In this document: positions 53,150-64,000 of the stretch, one piece after another | Numbering within the stretch: the stretch's first letter is position 1 | How the letters are laid out: every line of letters starts with the position of its first letter | Origin: Mobula hypostoma | Lineage: Eukaryota | DNA length: 64,000 nucleotides | Direction of reading: 5' to 3' | NCBI RefSeq assembly: GCF_963921235.1 | Contig: NC_086108.1 | Location: forward strand, 32,428,001-32,492,000 | The notes under the pieces: model-generated | Database searches by the model: none | Told to the model about the DNA's origin: nothing | Seen by the model: the letters and a program-made list of their open reading frames with translations, nothing else | Made by a program: the position numbers and the translations under genes

Positions 53150-55020
53150 CATAGTAATACAGTAGGAAGCAGGCCTACAGCCCAGCCCATCCACACCAGC
53201 CATGTTGCCAAGTTGCATTTAACCCATATCCCTCTAAACCTATCTGAACAACACTCAGTGGCAACTCTATTAGGTACTTTCATACTTAATTATGTGGCCT
53301 CTGTGTATGTCCATGCTCTTCTGCTACTGTAGCCCATCCACTTCAAGGTTCAGCATGTTGTGCGTTCAGGTATGCTCTTTTGCACACCATTGTTGTAACA
53401 AATGGTTATTTCAGTTACTGTCGCGTTCCTGCCAGCTTGAACCAGTCTGGCCATTCTCTTCTGAACTCTCATTAACAAGGCGTTTTTGCCCACAGAACTG
53501 CCACTCACTAGATGCTTTTTTGTTTTTTTTGCAAATTTGTAAACTCTAGAGCCTGTTGGATGTGAAAATCACAGGAGATCATCAGTTTCTGAGATATTCG
53601 AACTATCCTGTATGGCAAAAACAATCATTCCACATCAAAGTCACCGAGATCACATTTCTTCCCCATTCTGATGTTTGGTCTGAACAACCACCCAACCTCT
53701 TGACCATGTCTGCATGTTTTTTTGCATTAAGTTGCTGCTATGTGATTGGCTGATTAGATATTTGCATTAACAGCAGGTGTACCTAATAAAGTGGCCACTG
53801 GGTGTATCTACCCATCCAAGTGCCTTTTGCAGGTTGTTATTGTATCTGCCTCAACTAATCCCTCTCAAAGTTTATTCCATATACTGCCATCCTCTGCAGG
53901 AAGAAATTGCTCCTTAGGTCTCTTGAATTTTTCCCTCTCACCTTAAACATCAGCCCACTAGTTTTTGAATACCTTTCACTGGGGAAAAGTGTTAACCCTA
54001 TTGATACCCCTAATGATTTTATACATTTCTATAAGATCACTCCTCAGTCTCCTATATTCGAATGAATAATGCCTTGGCTTACCTATCATCTCCCTATATC
54101 TCAAGCTGTCAAGTTCTGGCAATATTCTTGTAAATCTTGTTTATACTCTTTCCTACTACAAGGTATCCAAACTTGTACACAACACTGTAGGTGTGGCCTC
54201 ACCAGTATCTTGTACAAATGCAAAACAACATCCCATTTCCTACACTCATTGCCCAGACTGATAGAGGCCACTGTGCCATACACCACCTTCACCACCCGTC
54301 CACCTTTGACATCACTTAAGGAGAACTCCCCTGGGACCTACTATTCAGTGCAAAGGTTTGATTTGATTTGCCAAAATGCAACACCTTACTCTTGCCTACA
54401 TTGAACATCATTTGCCATTCCTTGGCCCATTTACCTAACTGATTACAATCTGCCTGTAATTTTTGATAACCTGCATTGTCTACAATATTACCTAATTTTA
54501 GTGTCATTTGCAAACTTACCGACCATTTCTGTTCAACTAGAAAGGGAAATACACCAGTTCCTGTGGCACACCATTAGTCATAGGCCTCCAATTACACCGT
54601 CATCCTCTGCTTCCTACCATCAATCCATTTAGCTAGCTCTCCTCATCAATCCTTTTGCTTACCTCTTCAAAAAAGTAACAGATCTGTGAAACATGATGTC
54701 ACACCTACAAAACCATGTTCACTATCCCTAATCAATCATTGTCTATCCAAACGCTAGTGGAGCCTGTCCCTCAGCATCCCCTCCAGTAACTTACCCACCA
54801 CTGATACCCTTCTTAAATAACAGTACAACATTAGCCACCCTCCAGTCTTCTGGAACTTATGGCTAGAGGGGATGTAAGTACCCCTGCAGCAGCTTCCCAA
54901 TTTCTTCCACCGCTTCCCATAAGATCTAAGGATGCACTTGGTCGGGCTCTGGGGATTTATTCATTTTAATATGCTCTAGAACTGCCAATATCTCTTTTGT
55001 ATTCCTGTATGGTCCAATAA
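53150..55020 (-). mobile_element. Old CR1 fragment
   Basis: LYKILVRPHL and WAKEWQM-FNV motifs on the minus strand. Confidence 0.7.
53252..53804. mobile_element. Tc1-like non-autonomous DNA transposon nested in CR1
   Basis: TIRs cactcagtggcaactctattaggtac / gtacctaataaagtggccactgggtg; right end followed by TA. Confidence 0.8.
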
Positions 55021-55044
55021 TTCATTTCTCGGAGTTGCACGATG

Positions 55045-55300
55045 GGGGGGCACCGCAGCATAGTGGTTTGCACCTAGGTTCACTACCCCCCCCCCCCGGC
55101 ATGTAAGGAGTTTGTGCATACTCCTTGTGACTGAGTGGGTTTCCTCCAGGTGCTCCTGTTTCCTCCCACAGCCCATTCGGTCATTGTAAATTGTCACGTG
55201 ATTAGGGTAGGATTAGATTGGGGGTTGCTGGACACTGCTGTTCATAGGGCTGGAGAGAGCTATTCTGTGTTGTATCTCAATAATAATAATAATAAATAAT
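55045..55300 (+). mobile_element. V-SINE
   Basis: V-domain core gggtttcctccaggtgctcctgtttcctcccaca and (aat)n tail. Confidence 0.75.
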
Positions 55301-56806
55301 CTCCATTGTAAAAACTACTGAATAATATTCAGTGGAAATCCTGCACATTTGAGATGGCCAAGATGATCTTTAAGGGACCTATTCTCTCCCTTTACATCCT
55401 ATCACTTCTAATAGCTGATGAAACTCTTGGGATGTTCCTTATTCATGCACAGTGGCTTGCATGCTCTCTTTTTGTCCTCCTAATTTCTCTCTCAGTCCTG
55501 TGGCCCCAGTTATTGATCCTCTAGCCACTGGAAATGGTGGCTCCCTATTTACCCTGCCGAAATGCTTCATGACTTTAAAGTCTCCTCTCGGATATCCCTA
55601 AGGACATTATAGAACAGTACAGCACCTGAACCAGCCATTTGGCCCACAATGTTTTGCTAAGCCAGCTAAAAGGCAGTTTCAAAATACCCAAACCCTACCA
55701 GGCAGCACAGTCCAGGCATCCACCACTCTCTGAGTGAAAAACTTACCTCTCATGTTCTATGTTCTTGCAATTGTAGCAACATGTGGTTATCTGGGCTGTA
55801 GGAGTCATTAACTGCAGATGAGAGATTTTCCCTTAGGGTATATCCAGGAAATGTTAGAAGGCATGTTACCCTAGACTACAGTAAAACACTTTGTAGGAGA
55901 ATGGTATCAGCATTTGGTAGCAGGGAATTGGCTAGCCATCCTGGCCTTGGAATTAAAAATGAAGGAAGTTGAGAGGAAGTATGAAGTTTGCCTAAGTTAA
56001 CGTTGACTGGGGAAAAGAATTCCCGCATATTCTAACCGTGAGAGGGAAGAAAGTTGAAATTAGGGATAAAAATAATTGAGATGACATGAAAGGAAGAATA
56101 TTAAATCTTACCACCTGCATCCTTGGGATGCCCTGAAGTATGTCCTGGCTAATGAATAATTTTATGCAAAATCATGTCCGAAATATCTATTCTTAACTAA
56201 TATCAAAATGGTGAAAGGCTAACAAAATTGATGATACGAAATGTGTATTGTACACTTAATCCTTTGCGGTGCTGAAGAAATATACTGTAAATTGGAGTAC
56301 AGTTCCATGTACTATTAAATAAAAATACATTGGTGGGGGGGTTACTTTTGATTTGAATTCCAGCTGCTTCCCTCTTACTCTATTGAACTGGCTACAGGAT
56401 GTGGTAAGGTACGCGTGGACTAGTCGGCCAGAGGCGTGAACTAAAAGATCTGTGATGCAAGGTCAACTAATACTTTGGCAGCTGCAGAATTTAAATTCAG
56501 TTAATTAAATATGGAATAAAAAGCAGCTATTGTCTATAACAGTGACCAACATTTTAAAAAAATTCACTTGGATCATTTCTGCAATGGAAATTAACTTTGC
56601 CCTTTACAGCCCGACCTATTTGCAAATTGACTGTTTCTGAAATGGCTGATCTGTTCCCATCAAAACTGCAGTGGAAATTAAAAATCCTGCACCTATCCAT
56701 CTTCTAACCTCTGTGACAAACAAGAAAACCCTAAATTTGTGATTAGTTAAATTAAGAGCATGAAAGTCCATGTTAGGAGCATCAAATGAACGTTTTCCTC
56801 TTCTCT

Positions 56807-57122
56807 CAATCACACATCAAAGTTGCTGGTGAACGCAGCAGGCCAGGCAGCATCTCTAGGAAGAGGTACAGTTGACGTTTCAGGCTGAGACCCTTCGTCA
56901 GGACTAACTGAAGGAAGAGTAGTAAGAGATTTGAAAGTGGGAGGGGGAGGGGGAGATCCAAAATGGTAGGAGAAGACAGGAGGGGGAGGGATGGAGCCAT
57001 GACGAAGGGTCTCGGCCTGAAACGTCGACTGTACCTCTTCCTAGAGATGCTGCCTGGCCTGCTGCGTTCACCAGCAACTTTGATGTGTTGCTTGAATTTC
57101 CAGCATCTGCAGAATTCCTGTT
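56807..57122. mobile_element. Penelope-like fold-back mini-insertion
   Basis: Inverted arms. Minus hammerhead at 56870-56905; plus hammerhead truncated at about 57000. 15-bp TSD gttttcctcttctct at 56792-56806 and 57123-57137. Confidence 0.9.
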
Positions 57123-57354
57123 GTTTTCCTCTTCTCTGTTCTAAATGGACATCCCTCAGTTCTGTGGCTATGCCCTCTGGTCTAGACTTTTAGTCAAAAT
57201 TTCCCTGCCCAATTTTGAATCCTCCTCATGACTAATTCTCTCAGCTAATTATCATCTCCCTCAATTTTGAACAGAATGGAGCAATAAGGGTACAGGCTGG
57301 CTTTGGGCTGGGGTACTTCAAGCTAGGACTGGTTTTTCACCCAGCAGTGATCTT

Positions 57355-59535
57355 CAGAAACCACAAGACATAGGAGCAGAATTAGGTCATTCAGGCTTCA
57401 GCCCATCAAGTTTGCTCCACCATTCCATCATGCATAATTGTTATCCCTCTCAACCCCATTCTCCCGTCTTCTCCATGTAACGTGTGATAGCCTGATTAAT
57501 CAAGAACCTATCAATTTCTGCCTTAAATATACTCAATGACTTGGCCTGCACAGCCATCTGTGGCAACAAATTCCACAGATTCGCCACCCTCTGGCAAAAG
57601 AACGTTTTCCTCTTCTTTGTTCGAAATGGACGTCCCTCAGTTCTGTGGCTATGCCCTCTGGTCGAGACTCCCCCACTATAGAAAACATCCTTTCCACGTC
57701 CACTCTATCTAGGCCTTTTGCTATTTAATAGGTTTCAATGAGATTCCCCCCTCATTATTCTGAAATCCAGTGAGTACAGACCTAGAGCCTTCAATCGCTG
57801 CTGATATGTTAACCCTTTCATTCCTGGAATCATTCTCGTGAACCTCCTCTGGACCCTCTCCAATGTCAGCACATTCTTTCTTAAACAAGGGGCCCAAAAC
57901 TGCTCACAATACTATAAGTGAGGTCTGACCAATACCTTACAAAGCCTTAGCATTACATTCTTGCTTCTGTATCCTAGTCCTCTTGAAGTGAATGCTAACA
58001 CTGCATTTGCCTTCCTTACCACTGACTCAACCTGCAAGTTAACTTTTCGGGAATCCTGCACAAGGACTCCCAAGTCTCTTTGCATCTCTGATTGTTGAAT
58101 TTTCTCCCCATTTAGAAATAGGCCACACCTTTATTCCTTCGCCCAACGTATATGATCATGCACTTCCCTGCACTATATTCCATCTGTCACTTCTTTGCCC
58201 ATTACCCCAATTTGTCTAAGTCCTTCTGCAGACTCCCTGCTTCCTCGACACTACCTTCCCCTCCAAATGTCTTTGTATCGTCCACAAACTTGGCCACAAA
58301 GCCATCAATTCCATCGTACAAATCATTGACATACAAGGTGAAAAAAGCGGTCCCAACACCAACCTCTGCAGTGTGCCACTGGTCACCAGCAGACAATCAG
58401 AAAAGGCTCCCTTTATTCCTACTCTTGCCTCCTGCCAGTCAGCCAATCTTGTATCCATGCTAGTATCTTTTCTGTAATAGTATGGGCTCTTGTTAAGTAA
58501 CTCATGTATAGCACCTTGGCAAAAGCTTTCTGAAAATTCAAAAAAACAGCATCCACTGACTCTCCTTTGTCTATCCTGCTTGTTATTTCCTCAAAGAATT
58601 CCAATAGATTTGACAGGCAAGATTTCTTGTTTAATAAATCATGCTGACTTTGACCTATTTTATCACGTGCCTCCAAATACTCCAAAATTTCATCTTTAAT
58701 AATAGACTCCAACATATTTCTGACCTCTGAAGTCAAGCTAATTGGCCTATAATTTCCTTTCTTCTGCCTTCATCCCTTCTTAAAAAATGGAGTAACATTT
58801 GCAATTTTCCAGTCCTCCAGAACCATTCTAGAATCTAGTGATTCTTGAAAGATTATTACTAATGCCTCCACAATCTCTTCAGCTCCCTCTCTCAGAACTC
58901 TGGGGTGTGGTCCAGCTGGTCCAGGTGACTTATCTACCTTCAGACTTCTCAGCTTCCCAAGCACCTTCCTCTTAGTAATAGCAATGACACTCACCTCTGC
59001 CCCCTGACACTCTCACATTTCTGGCACACTGCTAATGCCTTCCACAGTGAAGACTGTTGCAAAGTATTTATTCAGTTTGTCTGCCAATTTTTGTCCCCCA
59101 TTACTACCTCTCCAGCATCATTTGCTGGTGATCTGATTATACACTTTTCTTTTACTCTCTATATATCTAACAAAAACGTTTTTGTATTCTCTTTTATATT
59201 ATTGGCTAGCTTACCTTCATATTTCATCTTTTCTCTCTTCATGCCTTTTTTTAGTTGCCTTCTGTTTTTAAAAGCTTCCCAATCCTCTAACTTCCCACCA
59301 ATTTTTGCTATATTATATGCCCTCTCTTTACCATTTATACTGTCTTTGACTTTGCTTGTCAGCCACAGCTGCTTCATCCCCCCCTTTAGAATATTCTTCA
59401 TCTTTGGGATGTTTCTTTCTTGTGCCTTCCAAATTTCCCCCAGAAACACCAGCCGTTGCTGTTCTCCCATCTTCCCTGCTTATGTCTCTTCCCAGTCAGC
59501 TTTGGCCAGCTCCTTGCTCATGCCTCTGTAATTCC
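57355..59535 (-). mobile_element. CR1 LINE ORF2 fragment (decayed)
   Basis: KSPGP, DWKIANVTP, NLLEFFE, FQKAF and KFVDDTK on the minus strand. Confidence 0.88.
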
Positions 59536-59557
59536 TTTTACTCAACTGAAATACTGA

Positions 59558-59885
59558 TAAACTCTGCAGATGCTGGATATCCAAAGCAATGTACACAAAA
59601 TGCTGGAGCAATTCAGCAGGTCAGGCAGCATCTATGGAAAAGTGTAAACAGTTGACATTTCAGGCCGGGACCCTTCTTTAGGACTGGAAGGGAAGGGGAA
59701 AGATGCTTGAATAAAAAAGTGGGAGGGGAAAGAGGCCAGCTGGAAGGTGATAGGTTAATGCGCCCTCCTCTACATTGGTGAGACCCATCGTAAACTGGGG
59801 TCTGATTCATCAAGCACTTCTGCTCCATCTGCCACAAGCGTGACTTCCCACTGGCCAAACATTTAGATTCTGATTCTTATTCCTA
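59558..59885. mobile_element. Penelope-like fragments: minus-strand end joined to + strand GIY-YIG piece
   Basis: + strand from 59765 reads LLYIGETHRKLG; minus arm carries a decayed hammerhead near 59650-59685. Confidence 0.8.
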
Positions 59886-59899
59886 ATCCCATTTACACG

Positions 59900-61225
59900 C
59901 CAGTGACATTGCTAATCAGGGATAGTATCACAGCAGCAGAAGGTGGGGGGGGGGGACATCATGGAGTGAGTGTCTACTGAATCTCTGGATTGAATTCAGA
60001 AACAAGAGGGGAATAATCACTGTATTGTGAGAATTCAATAGAACTCCCAATGACAACAGAGATGATGAGCAGATGGGAGACGGAAATTGGAAAGACCTAA
60101 AATCCAAAAGATGACAGCATTGTTGTCATAGGTGACTTCAACCTGCCTCATATTGATTGACAACTCAATAGCCCAAAAGGTTTAGATGAGATGGAATTTG
60201 TTAGATATATCCTGGAAAGATTGCAAACACTATTTGTGGACAGGCCTACTAGAAGAAAGGCTGTATTAGATCTGGTTGTAGGCAATGAACCTGGTCAAGT
60301 GACAGATCTCTCAGTGGGTGAGCATTTCAGAGACAGTGACCACACTCCCTGACCTTTAGCGTAGCCTTGGGCAGGAATTAGAGCAGATGGTATGAGAAAG
60401 TATTTAACTGGAGGAGGGCTAATTGTAATGCCATTAGGCAGGAACTTGGGGGCGTAAATTGGGAATGGACATACTCTGGGAAATGCACAGTGGGAATATG
60501 GAGTCTGCTTGGAGAGCAATTGCTCGGGAGATTAAGTTTGAGAGCCACGAAGTAATGCTACAACTCTATAAAATTCTGGTTAAACCACACTTGGAGTATT
60601 GTATTCAGTTCTGTTGCCTCATCATAGAAAGGATGTGGAAGCTTTAAAGAGGGGCAGAGGAGATTTACCAGGATGCTGTCTGGATTAGAAGGCTGTCTTA
60701 TGAGGATAGGTTGAGTGAGCTACAGATTTTCTCTTTGGAGCAAAGGAGGATCAGAGGCCACTTGATTGAGGTGTACAAGGTAATAGATAAAGTGGATAGC
60801 CAGAGACATTTTCTACCTCATCCTGAATCCCAAGTGATGGAATCTTCTTCAACAGCTTCCCATTTGGGACTTTGTCAAAGGCCTTGCTGAGTTCCATGTA
60901 GACAACATCCACTGCCTTGCCTTCGTCAACCTTCATGATAATTTCCTTGAGAAACTTTATGAGATTGGTTAAACATAACTACCACACATAATGCCATGCT
61001 GACTATACCTAATCAGTCCACCTATCCAAATACTTATATATCAGGTCCCTCAGAATACCTTCCAATAACTTACCCAATACTGATATCAGGCTCGCCAGCC
61101 TATGATTTCCTGGTTTGTTCTTAGAGCCTTTCTTCAACAGCAGAGCAACATCAGCTGTCCTGCAATCCTCTGGCTCTTCTCTTGTGTCTGAGGACATTTT
61201 AAATTTCTCAGTTAGGGCCCTGCAA
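59900..61225. mobile_element. Rearranged CR1 fragments (+ APE and 3' part; - RT part)
   Basis: GDFN and SDH motifs and LYKILVKPHLEYC on +; VDVVYMELSKAFD on -. Confidence 0.75.
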
Positions 61226-61899
61226 GAACTTGAAACTTTGGAAAGACATTTGTAAATATTTAAAAGTTAAACATGACAGTATCAAAACATTGGTGTTAAT
61301 TAAGAAGTACATGTAAACACATGTAAATTAACAACTCAAACAAACTAAATTTAATCCACCTTCTTCCTCCTTGACACATTGGTGTTAATCTGAGTTTCCT
61401 GACTATTCCTAAAGTAGATTTCCCAATGCCAGTACTGGGAAACCTGCAGGAATTCCCACTGGACTTATTGAGTGAGACCATGCAAAAATCCTGGGATAGG
61501 CGCTGTGTGCAAGAATGTCAGATTTCTGCACAGTTGCAGGACTAATACAAAGAATGTCCAGAGTGGGTTTCCACACAGTGCTACCAGAAACAGGATCCAA
61601 GTCCTACCTCTTACTCAGCTGTGCACATGCCCTCACTACTTGCCCAAGCTGAAAGCCAGATGCCTAATGAAAGGTCACTGACCCAAAACATTGACTCTAT
61701 TTCTCCTTCCGTAGATACTGCCTGACCTGTGAGTGCCCCCTGTGTTCTCTGTTAAAGGGGTCAGAGATTCAGTGGGGAAAGTCGAGATGGATGTTCTAGG
61801 GTCAGCTGAGACCTTGCTACCCAAGCAAAGAGCTAATTAAAACTTCTCAACTATGGTTTAGGAAATACAAGCAGGAATAGATCATGAATCCCTTCTAGC

Positions 61900-62415
61900 A
61901 GATTCAAGAAGTTATATTGCAGATATATAAATCTTTATTTAGGCCCCACTTGGAGTATTTTATGTGATTCTGGTTGCCCCATTACAGGAAGGATGTGGAG
62001 GCTCGGGGAAGTTGCAGAAGAGGTTTACCCGGAGTCTGCCTGGATGAGAGATTGAACAGACTTTGATTATTTTCCGTTGAGCATTGGAGATGGAAGGGAA
62101 GCTTTTTGGAAGTTTATAAGACTATGAAAGGCATAGAGAGGTAGACATTTTGGAATCTTTTTCTCAGATTAGAAACACTAGAGGACATGCATTTAAGGTG
62201 AAAGGGCTAAAAGTTTAAAAGAGATGTTCAGGACAAGTTTATTTTACACAGAGTGCTGGCCACCAGGAAAAGTGAAGGAAACAGATACAATAGTGGACAT
62301 GAAGTTGCAGGGAATGGAGGGATATGAATCATGTACAGGCAGAGGAGAACTAGTTTTAAATTAGCACTGTGTTTGGTGCAGAAAGGCCTGTATTTGTGCT
62401 GTACTGTCCAATGTT
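61900..62415 (+). mobile_element. Old CR1 3' fragment
   Basis: Degenerate RPHLEY..PHYRKDV..QKRFTR and CR1 tail. Confidence 0.7.
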
Positions 62416-63054
62416 GTCTCATCGTCATGGCTGCTCCTTGATCTCACCACCAATTTCCTTCAGTATCCCCATATCCCTTAATCCCCTTCATCCTAGAAAA
62501 GCATGGATCTGAGTGTTGAGGGAAAATAATGAATGATCCTGCTACAGCCCTACTGGATAGGGAATTCTAAAGGCTTAGAGAGAAAAAAATTTATCCTCAT
62601 CTCAGTCCTAATTCTGAAACTCTGCACTTGATCCTAAACTTCTTAGTCAGGTGAGACATCCTTCAGCCTGTCATGTTTTGATGAGATCACCCTTCATTCT
62701 TCTAAACTCTTGAAAACACAGAGCCAGTCTCCTCTATCTCTCCTCACACAGTAGATCCACTATAGCAGTATAGCAAATCTTTGCTGCGCTCCTTCCACAG
62801 CAGGTACAGTACATCCTTCCTTAGCTGAGAAGACTGGACCTGTAGAGAGTACTCCAGGTGTTATCTCAGCAAGACGCGGACTCCTCTCCAAATAAAGGCT
62901 AACTTATCATTTGCTCTTTTAATCAAATGGCACTTGTTTGGTGGTCTCCAGGGAAGTATTCACAAACACTCTCATAACGCTACCCAGCCCACCTGCTGAT
63001 AACAAATACTCTATCTTCTGTATTGTGAAACTTCACTGTATTTTTTAGTTCTAT

Positions 63055-63355
63055 TTTGTTTTTATTTAGAGATGTAGTGCAGAAAAGACCCACGACACTT
63101 CAAACTGCACTGCCCTGCAACCCCTGGCAACCCCAGTTTAACCCTAACTTAACCATGGGACAATTGACAATGACCAATTAACCTACTACGTGGTACATAT
63201 TTGAACTGTGGGAGGAGAGCAGAGCACCTGGACAAAACCCATACAATCCATGGGAAGAAGGTACAAACTCCTTACAGAGGATGCTGGGATTGAACTCAGA
63301 ACTGTGACACCGCAAGCTGTAATGAAGTTGTGCTAACCATCGCACTACTGTGTAC
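63055..63355 (-). mobile_element. V-SINE
   Basis: Reverse complement of the V-domain (tgtgggaggagagcagagcacctggacaaaaccc). Confidence 0.7.
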
Positions 63356-63419
63356 CATGTAATACAATATGCTACATTATTCCTATTTTACATGATATTT
63401 TTTGTTATTATATATTATT

Positions 63420-64000
63420 TATCAGAATCAGAATCAGGTTTACTATCACCTGCAGGGGTATCATAAAATTTGTGAAATTAGCAGCAGCAGGACAATGCAG
63501 TACGTGATAACATAGAAAGAACAAACAAATAAATAAATAACCAAGTAAATCAATTACAGTATATGTATAGTGAATAGATTAAAAATACAGCAAAAACAGA
63601 AATAATATAAAAGAAGAAAAAAATGTAAGGTAGTGTTCATGGGTTCAATGTTCATTTAGAGATCGGATGGCAGAGGGGAAGAAGCTGTTCCTGAATCACT
63701 GAGTGTGTGCTTTCAGGCTTCTGCACCTCCTTCCTGACAGTAACAATAAGAAGAGGGCATGTCCTGGGTGCTGGGGGTCCTTGATAATGGACATTGTCTT
63801 TTTGAGGCACCACTTCTTGAAGATGACTTGGTCACTATGGAGGCTAGTACCCAAGATGGAGGTGATTAACTTTAGAACTTTTTGTAGCTTCTTTTGGCCC
63901 TGTGCAGTAGTCACCCCATACCAGACAGTGATGCAACCTGTCAGAGTAATCTCCAAGGTACATCTATAGAGGTGTTTTAGGTGATAAACCAATCTCTTCA
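63420..64000 (-). mobile_element. Rex1/Babar-type LINE 3' fragment (runs off the window)
   Basis: ORF 63696-63992 LYRCTLEITLTGCITVWYG..IIKDPQHPGHALF; atcaga tandem tail. Confidence 0.8.

Noticed and set aside
14541..57122. Recurring short ORFs (PDEGSRPETSTVPL.., MLVNAAGQAAS..) as a peptide family or CRISPR-like repeats
   Set aside because: They are translations of the dispersed non-coding PLE terminus. There is no repeat-spacer array, and the context is eukaryotic.

Overview
Repeat-rich vertebrate genomic DNA, probably an elasmobranch (shark/ray). This is inferred from the mix of CR1 LINEs, V-SINEs, Penelope and Rex-Babar elements and is not proven. The only host gene I can support is VAMP4 (R-SNARE) on the + strand. 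Its last four coding exons are at 22432-22532, 29184-29263, 36163-36214 and 38348-38376, followed by a 3'UTR; the earlier exons were not found and presumably lie upstream of the window. Much of the rest is mobile DNA: many CR1 copies (one near-full-length, two young near-identical ones), Rex-Babar remnants, tRNA-derived SINEs, nested hAT elements, Tc1/mariner MITEs, a Helitron 3' end and a probable Hero-clade 3' fragment. The most notable signal is a young family of Penelope-like (GIY-YIG) element ends carrying minimal type I hammerhead ribozymes. They insert mostly as fold-back palindromes with 13-17 bp target-site duplications and a consistent long-end/short-end asymmetry. One is a 92-bp ribozyme-only insertion, and several ribozymes are sense-oriented within or just after VAMP4. 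Boundaries of old repeats are approximate because they were read by eye.
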